Positions 32,989-43,731 of a stretch of 64,000 bases of DNA are shown piece by piece. The stretch comes from Elusimicrobia bacterium HGW-Elusimicrobia-3 (GTDB lineage Bacteria > Elusimicrobiota > Elusimicrobia > Elusimicrobiales > UBA9959): the NCBI GenBank assembly GCA_002840355.1, contig PHAL01000002.1, positions 39,278 to 103,277 on the forward strand, in the 5' to 3' direction. Within the stretch, counting starts at the first letter, position 1, and the number at the start of each line of letters is the position of its first letter. A program made the position numbers and the translations under genes. The notes under the pieces were generated by a model, which was not told the DNA's origin, searched no databases, and worked only from the letters and a program-made list of their open reading frames with translations.

Positions 32989-34947
32989 TTATTCATAGCG
33001 GAGGGCTTCGATGGGGTCCAGCATGGCGGCGCGCATGGCCGGCCAGAAGCCGAAGCCCACGCCGATGAGGGTGGAGAAACCGAAAGCGAAAGATATGGTG
33101 CCGGCGCCCAAGGCCGGTTTGACCTTGGTAAAGAAGAAGGCCGCCCAGCCCAGGCCGAAGCCCAGGCCCACGCCCAGCACCCCGCCTATCAGGCACAGCA
33201 CCACCGCCTCTATCAGGAACTGGCTCAGGATATCGGAATTGCGCGCGCCCAGCGCTTTGCGCAGGCCGATCTCGCGCGTGCGCTCGGTGACGGAAACGAG
33301 CATGATGTTCATGATGCCGATGCCGCCCACCAGGAGCGAGATGCCGGCTATGCCGTAGACCACCAGCGAGAGCTTGCCCATGGTGCTCTTGAACATCTCT
33401 ATCTGCGTCTCGAAGGTGCGCACCTCGAAATCCTCTTCCGCGTCCTCGCGCAGGCCGCGCTCATTGCGCAGCACGCCTATGATCTGGCGCCGCACTTCCT
33501 GGGCGTCGTCGGGCGTGGGGGCGGCGACTTCCACGTAGTCCAGCTTGGTCGCGCCGAACACGCGCTTGCCCGCCGTGCTCAGCGGGATATAGGCCGAGGG
33601 CTGGCCGCCGAAGATGTCCTCGGCCTTGTGGTTCTCGGCCACGCCGACCACGGTAAAGGTGATGCCCTTGATGCGGATCTCGGCGTTCACGGCGTTCTCG
33701 GAGCCGAAGAGTTTCTTGGCCAGCGCCTGGTTGATAACGGCCGTCCTGGCGCGCCCCAGGTTCTCCGCCCTGGTGAAGAAGCGCCCGGTCACCTTGCGGT
33801 TCTCGAAATAGTCGGGCCGCGCGGCCTGCTCGGCCGGGGCGAAACCCTCGCGGCTCTGTACGTTGGCCTCGGTGCGCTTGTCGCCCGCCGATACTTCCAG
33901 GCCGTTGCGCGTCAGCGACGGCGTCACTTTCTCGGCCAGCGGCACGCGCGTACGGATGGCCTCTACCTCGCCCATCGTGAACTTGCGGCGGGGCTTGCCG
34001 TGCTGCCAGCGCGGCGTCACCCACACCTTCTTGGCGTCCTCCTCGCTCGATCCTGAGAGCAGGCTCTTCATGAAGCCCTCGCTGATGGTCATCAGCGAGA
34101 TGATGGCGCCCACGCCTATGAAGATGCCCAGCACCGTCAGGGCGCTGCGCATCTTGTGGCTCCAGATGGCCTTGAAGGCCACCTTGAGCTGCTCGGCGAA
34201 TTCGGAGGGGGAAAAGCTCAGGCGGGCCGGCGGCAGGGCGGCGGCGGCGGCCTTGCCCGGCGCGCGGACGCGGCGCACTTCGTCCGAGACTATGCGGCCG
34301 TCCTTCAGGCGCACGGTGCGGTCGGTCATCGCGGCCACTTCGTCGTCGTGCGTGACGATGATGATGGTCTGGCCCTTCTCGCTCAGGTCCCGGATGACCT
34401 GCATCACTTCCTGGCGGCTGACGGCGTCCAGATTGCCGGTGGGCTCGTCGGCCATGATCACCAGCGGGTCGTTGACGAGCGCGCGGGCTATGGCCACCCG
34501 CTGGCACTGGCCGCCGGAGAGCTCGTTGGATTTGTGCTTTACGCGGTCGGCCAGGCCCACCAGGCGCAGGCAGTCCAGCGCCTTGGCGGCGTCCGAGCCC
34601 AGGCCGGTATAGACCATGGGCAGCATCACGTTGTCGCGCGCCGTGGTGCGCTTTAAAAGGTGGAAAGACTGGAAGATGAAGCCGACCATGCGGCTGCGTA
34701 TGGCCGACAGCCTGCTTTCGGGCAGCCGGGCCGTCGGGTGGCCCGCGAAATAATACTCGCCCTCGTCGGGCCGGTCCAGGAAGCCCATGATGTGCAGCAG
34801 CGTGCTCTTGCCCGAACCAGAAGGTCCGACCAGCGCCACCAGTTCCCCGGCCTGGATGGAGAGCGAGACGGCCTTGAGGGCCTCCACGCGGAAGTCCCCG
34901 GTAGTGTAGGTCTTGGAGACCTCTTTGATCTCTATCAGCGGTCGCAT
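32989..34947 (-). CDS. macB: MacB-type ABC transporter, fused ATPase and permease
   Basis: Walker [10 protein letters not shown], signature LSGGQCQR, Walker B VIMADEPT, then an FtsX-like 4-TM domain with a large periplasmic loop. Confidence 0.9.
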   Translation of the reverse strand: MRPLIEIKEVSKTYTTGDFRVEALKAVSLSIQAGELVALVGPSGSGKSTLLHIMGFLDRPDEGEYYFAGHPTARLPESRLSAIRSRMVGFIFQSFHLLKRTTARDNVMLPMVYTGLGSDAAKALDCLRLVGLADRVKHKSNELSGGQCQRVAIARALVNDPLVIMADEPTGNLDAVSRQEVMQVIRDLSEKGQTIIIVTHDDEVAAMTDRTVRLKDGRIVSDEVRRVRAPGKAAAAALPPARLSFSPSEFAEQLKVAFKAIWSHKMRSALTVLGIFIGVGAIISLMTISEGFMKSLLSGSSEEDAKKVWVTPRWQHGKPRRKFTMGEVEAIRTRVPLAEKVTPSLTRNGLEVSAGDKRTEANVQSREGFAPAEQAARPDYFENRKVTGRFFTRAENLGRARTAVINQALAKKLFGSENAVNAEIRIKGITFTVVGVAENHKAEDIFGGQPSAYIPLSTAGKRVFGATKLDYVEVAAPTPDDAQEVRRQIIGVLRNERGLREDAEEDFEVRTFETQIEMFKSTMGKLSLVVYGIAGISLLVGGIGIMNIMLVSVTERTREIGLRKALGARNSDILSQFLIEAVVLCLIGGVLGVGLGFGLGWAAFFFTKVKPALGAGTISFAFGFSTLIGVGFGFWPAMRAAMLDPIEALRYE

Positions 34948-35918
34948 CAGAAGCCTACGTTGAAGCCGGACCGCTCCTTGGCCACGCCGGTGGAATAGTA
35001 GACCGTGTCGGTCTCGGCCAGGCCTTCGGTTACCTCTATGCGGGCCTCGTCGGAGGCCCCTACTTTAATTTTCTTGTCCTCGAGTTTGGCCGCGGCGGAA
35101 GCCTTCATGGAGACCGTGGCTTCGCCGTCGCGGTATTTCACGGCCTTCTTGGGCAGCGTCAGCACGTTCTTCTTGCTGCCGGTCACTATCAGCACGTCGG
35201 CGGTCATGCCCGAGCGCAGGGCGGCGAGGCCGCCGGCGGGCAGCACCTTTACCTCGTAGACCACCACGCCGTCCCTGAGCGTGGACTCGTGCGAGATGGC
35301 CAGCACGCGGCCCGTGCGCTTTTCCTTGGCGAAAGCGTCCAGGTAGAACTCGGCGCGCTGCCCTTCCCGGACGGCGCCGATGTCGGTCTCGTCGACGAAA
35401 GTCTTGACTATCAGGCGGTCGGAGACTACGGCCAGTTCTTTGGCGGGGCTGACCGACTGGCCCGGTTCCACCGCGCGTTTTACCACCATGCCGGTGATGG
35501 GGGCCACTACGGGGGTGAGGTTATAGGCCTCCTCCACCATGCGCTTCTCCTCCGGCGTGGACTCTTTTAGCTTCAGCGAATCCATCAGCGCGGTGCGCTC
35601 GCTGGAACTGACCCAGGCCAGCACCTGGCCCTTGGTCACCTGCTGGCCCTCGGTAAAAAGTACTTCCTCCGCCCGGCCGGCCACCGAGGGGGTGACCAGC
35701 ACGCGGTTCTCGGGCTCCACGCTGGCTATGGCCTGAGTCTTGGTGACGAGGGTGCCGCGTTCCGGTTTGACCGCGGCGAGTTCAGCTACGCGCTTGGCCT
35801 CGGCCTTCGCCCGCTTGTTTTTCAGCGCGGCGCAGCTGCCGCCGAACACCAGCAGCAGCGCCAGGCCGAAGATGAATTTCTTTGTCTTGTAAAAAGTTAT
35901 TTTCACTTTATTCTCCAA
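34947..35918 (-). CDS. macA: Periplasmic adaptor (HlyD/MacA family)
   Basis: N-terminal TM, typical membrane-fusion-protein layout, and translational coupling to macB and tolC. Confidence 0.8.
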   Translation of the reverse strand: MENKVKITFYKTKKFIFGLALLLVFGGSCAALKNKRAKAEAKRVAELAAVKPERGTLVTKTQAIASVEPENRVLVTPSVAGRAEEVLFTEGQQVTKGQVLAWVSSSERTALMDSLKLKESTPEEKRMVEEAYNLTPVVAPITGMVVKRAVEPGQSVSPAKELAVVSDRLIVKTFVDETDIGAVREGQRAEFYLDAFAKEKRTGRVLAISHESTLRDGVVVYEVKVLPAGGLAALRSGMTADVLIVTGSKKNVLTLPKKAVKYRDGEATVSMKASAAAKLEDKKIKVGASDEARIEVTEGLAETDTVYYSTGVAKERSGFNVGF

Positions 35919-37137
35919 TTGCCCGCGAGAAGGCGGCGCGGCTGACCGCCAGCCCCCGCCCCGCCGAAAGGTACTGGTTCTGCTCGCTGATCAGCTGCTC
36001 TTCCACGTTGCGCCATTCGAAATAGGAGGCCTGGCCCGCCAGGTACTGCTTGCGCACCAGCCAGGCCCTGGCCTCGGCGGCCGCCAGCGAACTGCCTGCC
36101 ACGTCCAGATAGGCCCTGGCCTCGCGCCAGGAGAGAAAAGCGTCCTCGGCGTTCAGGTAGACTTCTTCGCTGGCGTCGCGCAGCGCCTCGCCGGCCGAGA
36201 GCAGCCTGGTCCTGGCCGCGGCCAGGTCGGCGGCCAGCCGGCCGCCTGCGAAAAGCGGTACTCTGACGCTGGCGCCCAGCGACCAGCCGTTGGTATTGTC
36301 GGGCCAGTCGGTACCACTCCAGCGGTAGCTGGCGTCGGCGGAGGCTTCGGGCAGGCGGGCGCCGGCGGCAGTGTCGGCCGAGGCCCGGGCTATGTCCTCG
36401 GCGGCGCGGGCGGAGCGCAGCGAGTAATGGTTCTCTAGCGCCGCGGAGAAAGACGAGAGGTCGGCGGGCGGCTCCTCCTGCGGCGGCAGGCTAAGCTCCG
36501 GCGCCGCGGCCGCGGCGCTGCGGCCCAGCAGGCGGTTAAGCTTTCGCTCGAGCAGCCGCAGGTTCTTGCCGTAGCGCTCGTGCTGCCACTGCGCGGTCTT
36601 GAGGGCGGCTTCGGTCTCGAGCAGCGCGGCCTTGTTCTCGCGGCCGGCCTGGTACTTGAGTCGTATCAGTTCCAGGTTCTCCGCGCGCCGCTTGAGCGTC
36701 TCGCCCGACAGCTTTATGGCTTCCCTGGCGTTGACGGTGTCGGCGAAGGCCGAGGTCAGTTCAAAGTTCAGGCGCGAGGCCGTCCTGTCGTAGGCCGCGG
36801 CGGCCGACCGGTGCGAGGCGGCGGCGGAGCGCACCCCTGCGGGCAGCGAGGTGGAGAACAGCGGCTGCGTGCCGTTGAGGCCGTAGGAGTATGAATCGCC
36901 GTGCGGCAGGCCCTGCGAGCCGGCGCGCGCGTAGGAGGCCGAAGCCGAGAGCGAGGGATAGAGCCCGGCGCGGGCGGCCGATAGCCGGGACGCCGCGGCT
37001 TCCAGGTCCAGCGCGGCGGCCCGGGCCTGCGGGCTGGCTTTGAGCATTTCGGCGCGGGCCGCGGCCAGGGTGAGCGTTTCGGCGGCGCAGGGGGCGGCGA
37101 GGGAGAAGAGCAGGGCGAAGCAGGCGGTAGCGCGCAT
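35908..37137 (-). CDS. TolC-family outer-membrane efflux protein
   Basis: Signal peptide and two repeated halves rich in LxxA/coiled-coil segments, typical of outer-membrane factor proteins. First gene of the macAB operon. Confidence 0.8.
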   Translation of the reverse strand: MRATACFALLFSLAAPCAAETLTLAAARAEMLKASPQARAAALDLEAAASRLSAARAGLYPSLSASASYARAGSQGLPHGDSYSYGLNGTQPLFSTSLPAGVRSAAASHRSAAAAYDRTASRLNFELTSAFADTVNAREAIKLSGETLKRRAENLELIRLKYQAGRENKAALLETEAALKTAQWQHERYGKNLRLLERKLNRLLGRSAAAAAPELSLPPQEEPPADLSSFSAALENHYSLRSARAAEDIARASADTAAGARLPEASADASYRWSGTDWPDNTNGWSLGASVRVPLFAGGRLAADLAAARTRLLSAGEALRDASEEVYLNAEDAFLSWREARAYLDVAGSSLAAAEARAWLVRKQYLAGQASYFEWRNVEEQLISEQNQYLSAGRGLAVSRAAFSRAIGE

Positions 37138-37212
37138 AGTCTGATTTTACAATATTGCCGGCGGGGGCCGGCCTCCTCTTCTATAATACGCGGAGTCCGC
37201 CCCGGCGGTTGC

Positions 37213-37245
37213 AAAAAGAAAAGCCCGCGCGGGGCGCGGGCTTTT
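37213..37245 (-). terminator. Intrinsic terminator after nrfA (symmetrical; could act in both directions)
   Basis: On the + strand: AAAAAGAAAA-GCCCGCGC-GGG-GCGCGGGC-TTTT. Confidence 0.65.
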
Positions 37246-37262
37246 CACCGGGCGGCCTGGCC

Positions 37263-38705
37263 TTAGAACTTTTCCTGGTTGCCGAACGGGTCCTTGAACT
37301 CCACCGTACGGTCGAAGTTCAGGCCGCGCTTGCCGCGGTTGTTGAGGTACTTGCCCAGCTCCAGGTCCACGCGGCCGGGGGCCGGGGAGCCGGCCTCGGC
37401 CAGCAGCTGCCGCACCAGCGCCTCGGACTTGCCGGCGAAGTAGGCGGCGTCGCCCAGCACGCGCAGCGTCTCGGGCGGATTGTGGAAGCCCATCGAGTTC
37501 TCGGCGCCTATGAACGTGACGCGGTAGAAAGCCTCCTCGTAATATTCCCTGGCCTTGGCATAGAGGCCCTCGTCGAGCCGTTTGCCGGCCTTGCGGGCGG
37601 CGTTGGCGCGCTCGAAGAGCTTGGCGGCGGTGGCGGTGGCGTAGCCGGCCCGCAGCTGCAGCGAGGCTGTCCTGTCCTGTATGGACTTCACGCGCTGCAT
37701 CAGCCATTCCTTGCCCTCGGTGTGGCACTGTATGCAGGCCTTCATGTCGTTCTTGAGCGGGCTCATCACGCGGTGGTCGGAGATCTTCTTGGAGCCGGCG
37801 CGCGTGTAGGGCATGTGGCAGTCGGCGCAGGCCAGGCCGGCCTTCCAGTGCGTGCTGTCGTTGGAGAGCAGTTCGAACTCGGGGTGGCGCAGGAAGCCCA
37901 GCTTGAAGCCGGTCACGGCCTGCGTCCACTCGAGGTGGGCGGGGTCGCTCTTTATCCTCTTGATAATATCCTCGATGGAAATCTTTCCATACTTGGAGTT
38001 CTGCCAGGGGAAGAAGACGGAGTCGGACTTCATGTCACGGTCCTTCCTGACCACGTAGGTGACGTGGCACTGCGCGCAGACCAGCGAGCGCATGTCCTGG
38101 TTGGAAAGCTTCGCCTCGTCCACGCCCATGTCCTTGAGGGCGCGGCCCAGCGTGAACTGGTTGAGGATGCGCAGTGAGGCGTCGGACTCGTTGTGGCAGG
38201 TTATGCAGGCCGCGCCCAGCTTCTGGTGGTTCTTGGGGATCAGCGCGTGGACCTCGTCGAAAGGTTTGGAGAAGTAGTCCTTGCCGTGCTTGGCCTGCAG
38301 CTCCTGCGCGTAGGGCGTCTTGCAGGTCAGGCAGGCGCCGCCGGATTTGCGGCGCGAGGGGTCCACTTCCAGCACGTCGGAAAGCATGTGCATGTGACCG
38401 CGCGGCTCGTTGTACTCTATGCCGAAGCCCCAGCCGCTGAACAGCAGCGGCATGTACGGGAACTCGGAGAGCTTGTCGTAGATCTTGCCGTCGGCGTCCC
38501 AGCCCCGCTTGTAGTAGCTCTTGCCGGCCGGGGTGGGGTTGGCGGTAGCCTCCCAGCCCTCGTGTTCCAGCGGCCAGTTCTTGGCCCATTCTTTGGGCTC
38601 GTACTCGCCGGCCTTGATCTCCGAGATCAGTATGGGTTCGGCTTTCTTGGTGCAGGCCGAGACGGCGAGCAGCAGCAGCGGGGCCAGGAATATCAGTTTC
38701 TTCAT
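37263..38705 (-). CDS. nrfA: Pentaheme cytochrome c nitrite reductase (ammonia-forming) NrfA
   Basis: One CxxCK (CLTCK) plus four CxxCH (CITCH, CAQCH, CADCH, CIQCH). Lipoprotein-like signal. Confidence 0.95.
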   Translation of the reverse strand: MKKLIFLAPLLLLAVSACTKKAEPILISEIKAGEYEPKEWAKNWPLEHEGWEATANPTPAGKSYYKRGWDADGKIYDKLSEFPYMPLLFSGWGFGIEYNEPRGHMHMLSDVLEVDPSRRKSGGACLTCKTPYAQELQAKHGKDYFSKPFDEVHALIPKNHQKLGAACITCHNESDASLRILNQFTLGRALKDMGVDEAKLSNQDMRSLVCAQCHVTYVVRKDRDMKSDSVFFPWQNSKYGKISIEDIIKRIKSDPAHLEWTQAVTGFKLGFLRHPEFELLSNDSTHWKAGLACADCHMPYTRAGSKKISDHRVMSPLKNDMKACIQCHTEGKEWLMQRVKSIQDRTASLQLRAGYATATAAKLFERANAARKAGKRLDEGLYAKAREYYEEAFYRVTFIGAENSMGFHNPPETLRVLGDAAYFAGKSEALVRQLLAEAGSPAPGRVDLELGKYLNNRGKRGLNFDRTVEFKDPFGNQEKF

Positions 38706-38706
38706 T

Positions 38707-39210
38707 TTAGTCCTCTCTGACGCGGGTCATGCCCTGTCTTTTATGTCCGGCGGTGCGGTGGCAGTCTATGCACGCGCGCTTATTGTCGATATGCGCCACG
38801 GTACTCTCGTGGCAGCGTATGCAGTTGGCCTGCAGCACCTTGTGGCCGTGGGCCGAAAGCTTTATCTCGTCGTGCTCGCGCAGGCCGGAGAATTCGTAGA
38901 AGACGTCCTTGTTGCCGTCTATGGTCTTCCAGACATAGTGGTTGACGACGTTGTCGTTGGGCAGGTGGCAGTCTATGCAGCGCGCCGAGCGGTGGGCCGA
39001 GTGGGCCCAGGCCTCGTGCTGCGGCTTCATCGAGTGGCAGAGCCCGCAGAACTTGGGCGTCTCGGTGGCCTCTATTAAATGCGGCGGCCCGAAGAACAGG
39101 AACAGCGCGGCGGCGCCGGCCGCGCCGGCGTAAATGCCGGCCTTGAGCAGCAGGTCCTGCCGCCGCAGGGCTTGTTCTTTAAGCTTTAGTATCAGTTCTT
39201 TCAGATCCAT
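38707..39210 (-). CDS. nrfH: Tetraheme NapC/NirT-family quinol dehydrogenase NrfH
   Basis: N-terminal TM and four CxxCH (CGLCH, CIDCH, CIRCH, CIDCH). It sits immediately upstream of nrfA. Confidence 0.9.
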   Translation of the reverse strand: MDLKELILKLKEQALRRQDLLLKAGIYAGAAGAAALFLFFGPPHLIEATETPKFCGLCHSMKPQHEAWAHSAHRSARCIDCHLPNDNVVNHYVWKTIDGNKDVFYEFSGLREHDEIKLSAHGHKVLQANCIRCHESTVAHIDNKRACIDCHRTAGHKRQGMTRVRED

Positions 39211-39237
39211 TCTTTAAACCGGCCGCCGGGCCCCGCT

Positions 39238-40011
39238 TCAGGCGTAGCTGTGCATGCCGCTGAGCAGGAAATTCACGCCGAAATAGGTGAACAGCACCAG
39301 CGCGAAACAGGCCATCAGCATTATCGCAAATTTGTGCGCGCGCCAGCCCTGCCGGCGCAGGTGCAGCGCGGCGGCGTAAGCCAGCCAGGTCAGCAGTGAC
39401 CAGGTCTCCTTGGGGTCCCAGCTCCACCAGGCGCCCCAGGCGCTGTTGGCCCAGACGGAACCGCTGGCTATGCCCAGCGTCAGCGCGGCGAAGCCGGCCT
39501 TGGTCAGGCGCAGCAGCAGTTCTTCGTCCTCGGCGCTGCGCCGGCGGGCCAGGGCGGCGGCGCCGGCCACGGCGGCCAGCGCGAAGGCCGCGTACGCGGC
39601 CATGGAGGCCAGCACGTGGAGGATCAGCCAGTCGGAGCGCAGCGCAGGCATCAGCGGGCGCGCGGTGCGGTCGAGCAGGCTGGCCACGCCCAGGATGACG
39701 GGCGAGGCGAAAGCGGCGGGCCACAGGGCCTCGGGCACGGGGAAGCGGCGGTAGTAATAGAGCGAGAGCGGGAAGAGGAACCAGAGCATGGTCAGCAGCG
39801 ACTCGTACTGGTTCGACAGCGGCGGGCGGCCCAGCCGGGCCCAGAGCAGCGCCAGCGCCGCGGAGAGCGCCAGCCAGGCCGCGCCCAGCAGGCCGGGCAG
39901 CAGCCGGCGCGGCATCCGTTCCCTGAACAGGTAGACGGCGGCGGCGGCGCCCAGCGCGGCCAGCGAGAGGGCGAAAGAGAGGTTGATGAGCAGGTTTACT
40001 TTTTCAGCCAT
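39238..40011 (-). CDS. ccsA: Cytochrome c biogenesis system II protein CcsA/ResC
   Basis: Polytopic membrane protein with the Trp-rich WWD motif WGAWWSWDPKETW. The ATG at 40011 is preferred over the longer tracked ORF. Confidence 0.85.
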   Translation of the reverse strand: MAEKVNLLINLSFALSLAALGAAAAVYLFRERMPRRLLPGLLGAAWLALSAALALLWARLGRPPLSNQYESLLTMLWFLFPLSLYYYRRFPVPEALWPAAFASPVILGVASLLDRTARPLMPALRSDWLILHVLASMAAYAAFALAAVAGAAALARRRSAEDEELLLRLTKAGFAALTLGIASGSVWANSAWGAWWSWDPKETWSLLTWLAYAAALHLRRQGWRAHKFAIMLMACFALVLFTYFGVNFLLSGMHSYA

Positions 40012-40919
40012 AAAAGGACTCCGGCGAGCAGCGCGGCGAAACCCGCGTAGACCACCCAAATGCCCCTGTCGCGCGTCACGGTCAGCAGGGTGTAGGCGGC
40101 CTCGGCCGGGTCGTAGCTGGTCTGGTAAAGCGTGTAGCCCAGGTACCTGAGCGGTGAGTTGACGGAGATCTCGGCGGCGAAGGCCGGGCCCTCGGCGGGC
40201 CTCACCAGCACCGCGCTGGTGAAGTTCCTGATCTCGGCGTTCTCCAGCCGGTAGAACAGGTGGTAGGGCAGTTCTTCCCGGTGCATGCCGGGGAAATTGG
40301 CGAAGAACCAGAGCCGCTTCTTCTTGCCGCCGCCGGAGATCTCCAGCTCGGCGGCCGGGTTATGCCAGTACGGCGACTTGTCGCTGACCTGGCGCCGGGC
40401 GTCCAGGCCGAAGTCCCGCACCAGGCGCAGCACCTTTATCCGGACGCCGCGCTCGGGCAGCCGTATCTCCTCCCCCGCCACCGCCGGGAAATCCCTGCCG
40501 CCCGCGCCGTCCATCACGGTGACCACGCCGCGCGGCTCGCCGTAATAGTCCAGCCGGAAGCTCTCCAGCCGCACCGCGAACGGCAGTCGGTAGACGGCGT
40601 TGCCGGAGTGCACCTTGTCGGTTTCCGTCCCGGCCCGCAGCGGCAGCTCCGCCTCGAAGCGCAGGAACCGGCTGGCGAAGGAGCCCAGGATGATCAGGAC
40701 TATGCCGGCGTGTATCAGCAGGAAGGAGGGTGAGGCGGTCCTGAATCGCCCGGCGGAGCAGGCGGCTATGTTGGCGGCGAGCAGGGCGCCCAGCGTCATG
40801 AACCACCCCGAGCCGTAAACGGAGGGCCCGGTGTTGAAGACGGTCTGCCAGACAAAAACTCCGCCCAGCGCCAGGCAGAGAGCGAAGAAGAGGCGCAGCG
40901 AGGAAAATAGCTTGATCAA
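39996..40919 (-). CDS. ccsB: Cytochrome c biogenesis system II protein CcsB/ResB (short form)
   Basis: N-terminal TM helices, a periplasmic domain, a C-terminal TM, and a position directly upstream of ccsA. Sequence-level support is weaker. Confidence 0.65.
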   Translation of the reverse strand: MIKLFSSLRLFFALCLALGGVFVWQTVFNTGPSVYGSGWFMTLGALLAANIAACSAGRFRTASPSFLLIHAGIVLIILGSFASRFLRFEAELPLRAGTETDKVHSGNAVYRLPFAVRLESFRLDYYGEPRGVVTVMDGAGGRDFPAVAGEEIRLPERGVRIKVLRLVRDFGLDARRQVSDKSPYWHNPAAELEISGGGKKKRLWFFANFPGMHREELPYHLFYRLENAEIRNFTSAVLVRPAEGPAFAAEISVNSPLRYLGYTLYQTSYDPAEAAYTLLTVTRDRGIWVVYAGFAALLAGVLLWLKK

Positions 40920-40924
40920 TTTTT

Positions 40925-41830
40925 TTACCCCAGTATGTTCTTCAGAAAACCCCGGGCTTTCTTGATGCGCGCCGCGGCCAGTTCCCGGGAGACCCCGAGG
41001 CGCGCCATCACGATGGCGGTCTTGACGTCGTTGCCGGTCAGGTCCAGCAGCCGGCGGGCTTCCGCCTGGTCCACGCCGCCCACGGTGGCGGTGATGCGCT
41101 CGGCGCGCAGCACCAGTTTTCTGGAGGTGGTCTTCACGTCCACCATCCAGTTGCGGTAGACCTTGCCCGAGATGATCATCGACGCGGTGGAGAGCATGTT
41201 GAGGGCGAGCTTGGTGGCGGTGCCGGACTTCATCCGGGTGGAGCCGGAGACCGGCTCGGGGCCGACGTCGATGGCCACGCGGACAGCGGCTTCCTTCGCC
41301 CGCTCGCGCGGGTTGCAGGTGACCAGTACGGTTACGGCGCCGGCTTTTTTACCGGCGGCCAGGCCGCCCTGCACATAAGGGGTGATGCCGCTGGCGGCTA
41401 TGCCTACCACGGTGTCGCCGCGGCGGGCCAGCGCCGCTATCTCCTTGCGGCCGTTCTCCAGGACGTCCTCGGCCCCTTCCTTGGAATGGAAGACCGCCAT
41501 CTGGCCGCCGGCCATCAGGGCGGTGAAGACATCCGGCGCCACGCCGTAGGTGGGGGGGATCTCGGCGGCTTCCAGCACGCCCAGGCGGCCGCTGGTGCCG
41601 GCGCCGATGAAATAGATCTTTTTGCCGGCGAGGTAGGACTTGGAGATCGCGCGGGCGGCCCGCTCTATCTGGGGTATGGCCTTGGCCACGGCCCGGTGCA
41701 CGAGGGCGTCCTCGTAGTTCAGCTTCTCCAGCACGCGGCGCAGCGGCAGGCGGTCCAGGTCGCGGGTGCGCGGGTTGTTCTGCTCGGTGGGAAGTTTGGA
41801 ATACCTGGTGAAAGCGTCGGTGTTTTTCAT
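40925..41830 (-). CDS. murQ: N-acetylmuramic acid 6-phosphate etherase
   Basis: TEQNNPRTRDLD N-terminus and a SIS domain (GAGTSGRLG...AASGITPYV). Confidence 0.9.
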   Translation of the reverse strand: MKNTDAFTRYSKLPTEQNNPRTRDLDRLPLRRVLEKLNYEDALVHRAVAKAIPQIERAARAISKSYLAGKKIYFIGAGTSGRLGVLEAAEIPPTYGVAPDVFTALMAGGQMAVFHSKEGAEDVLENGRKEIAALARRGDTVVGIAASGITPYVQGGLAAGKKAGAVTVLVTCNPRERAKEAAVRVAIDVGPEPVSGSTRMKSGTATKLALNMLSTASMIISGKVYRNWMVDVKTTSRKLVLRAERITATVGGVDQAEARRLLDLTGNDVKTAIVMARLGVSRELAAARIKKARGFLKNILG

Positions 41831-41831
41831 G

Positions 41832-42707
41832 TTAGTCTCTCTCTTCTTGCTGTTCCTGCTCTTCCCCGGCCGGCTCGTCCCCGGGCGTTCCCGCTCCGGC
41901 CTCGAATTCCAGCCCCGCCAAGGCGGCCGAGGAGTAGGCCACCACCTCGGGCAGGCGCGGGCTCTTTATCCACTCCAGCACCCGCCGCACGTTGTATTTA
42001 TTGACCAGGCCGGGGCCGAACCCCCTGGCCTCCACTATCAGCGAGGCGTTGCCCTGTCCGCAGGTTATCCTGGCGGTGCTGTAGAGGATTTGCAATTCGG
42101 TGTACTGCCGCGCCCTGTCCGCCCCGCCGATGAAGAGTATCGGCCGGCGGCCGTAGGCCCGCAGCGGGTTGACGGAAAGGACGTCGTGGACGTTGAGCAC
42201 CGGCGAGATGGCGACGACCATGGCTACTTCCGGGTGCAGGGCGGCGGCCTTGATGGCCAGGTTGGCGCCCAGCACCGAGCCGGCCAGCGCTATCCTGTCC
42301 CCGGTGACGGCATTGGTGGAGAGGTAGGCCAGCGCGGCCTCCACGTCGCGCAGCATGCGGTTGTACTCGTTGTCGGAGCCGCCCATGCTGAAGGCGCGCC
42401 AGCTGGTGGTGGAACCGGACGGGGCGACGAAGCTGTTGCCGTGGCCGCGCAGGTCCAGCGCCAGATAGCCGAAACCGTAGCGCTTCAGGGCCGGGAACCA
42501 GGGGGTCCATTCGTTGAGGTCGCTCTTCTGCGTATGCACCAGCACCACGGTGGGGGCGCCTTCGGCGGCCTTCAGGTAGCGGGCAGACAGGTTCCAGCCG
42601 TCCTCGGTGGTCAGGGTTACGCGCTCCTCCTCGCGCCCCTGCGCGGCGGCGGGGGAGGGGAGGAAGGCGGCGGCTAACGCCAGCAGCGCGGCGGCGAGCA
42701 GCCTCAT
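41832..42707 (-). CDS. Secreted alpha/beta-hydrolase (dienelactone hydrolase-like)
   Basis: Signal peptide and nucleophile-elbow-like GSVLG. Fold assignment is by pattern only. Confidence 0.6.
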   Translation of the reverse strand: MRLLAAALLALAAAFLPSPAAAQGREEERVTLTTEDGWNLSARYLKAAEGAPTVVLVHTQKSDLNEWTPWFPALKRYGFGYLALDLRGHGNSFVAPSGSTTSWRAFSMGGSDNEYNRMLRDVEAALAYLSTNAVTGDRIALAGSVLGANLAIKAAALHPEVAMVVAISPVLNVHDVLSVNPLRAYGRRPILFIGGADRARQYTELQILYSTARITCGQGNASLIVEARGFGPGLVNKYNVRRVLEWIKSPRLPEVVAYSSAALAGLEFEAGAGTPGDEPAGEEQEQQEERD

Positions 42708-42708
42708 G

Positions 42709-43188
42709 TCAGGCTATCGTCTCACCTGGCTTGAACCAGATGGCGATCTCGCGCTCGGCTTCCTCGTTGTTGCCGGAAGCGTGCACCACGTTCTCGAAAT
42801 AGCCGTGCTTGTGGCAGATACGGCCGAAGGCGCCGCGTATGGTATCGGGAGAGGCGTCCTCGGGATTGGTGGCCCCGACGGCCGCGCGGATGTTCTGCAC
42901 GGCGTTTTCGCCCTGGTAGACGAGCGCCAGCACGCGGTGCTTGGGGTCGCCGTGGTATTCGCCTTTTATGAAATTGATCAGGTGTTCGAAGAGCTGCTTG
43001 TTGACGAACGGGCCCTTGCCCTCCAGCAGCGCGTAATGCTCGCGGGCGAGCTTGTCGGTGACCACGGCGATCTTGGCGCCGATGAGCTCCATGTGGGTGT
43101 TCTCCAGGCGGTCTATGGCCAGGCCGGCCAGGTGCCGCTGCATGCCGTCGGGTTTCACAAGTACGAGGGTTTTTTCGATAGCCATCAT
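42709..43188 (-). CDS. ndk: Nucleoside diphosphate kinase
   Basis: MAIEKTLVLVKPDG start with GGAGG upstream. NVVHASG contains the active-site His. The tracked ORF start at 43296 is an upstream extension. Confidence 0.85.
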   Translation of the reverse strand: MMAIEKTLVLVKPDGMQRHLAGLAIDRLENTHMELIGAKIAVVTDKLAREHYALLEGKGPFVNKQLFEHLINFIKGEYHGDPKHRVLALVYQGENAVQNIRAAVGATNPEDASPDTIRGAFGRICHKHGYFENVVHASGNNEEAEREIAIWFKPGETIA

Positions 43189-43347
43189 GCCTCCTTGCGC
43201 GGTAGTGAACAGAGTTATTCTACATATTTGGGGCCTGCGCTGAAAGGAAGGCAATTCCTCTCTTGTTTTACCGGCTTCCTTTCTTGTAAAATACAATATC
43301 TTTAATAAAGCCTGAGACGGTCTTAAGGCCGTGGCAACGGGAGACTT

Positions 43348-43727
<380 letters not shown>

Positions 43728-43731
<4 letters not shown>

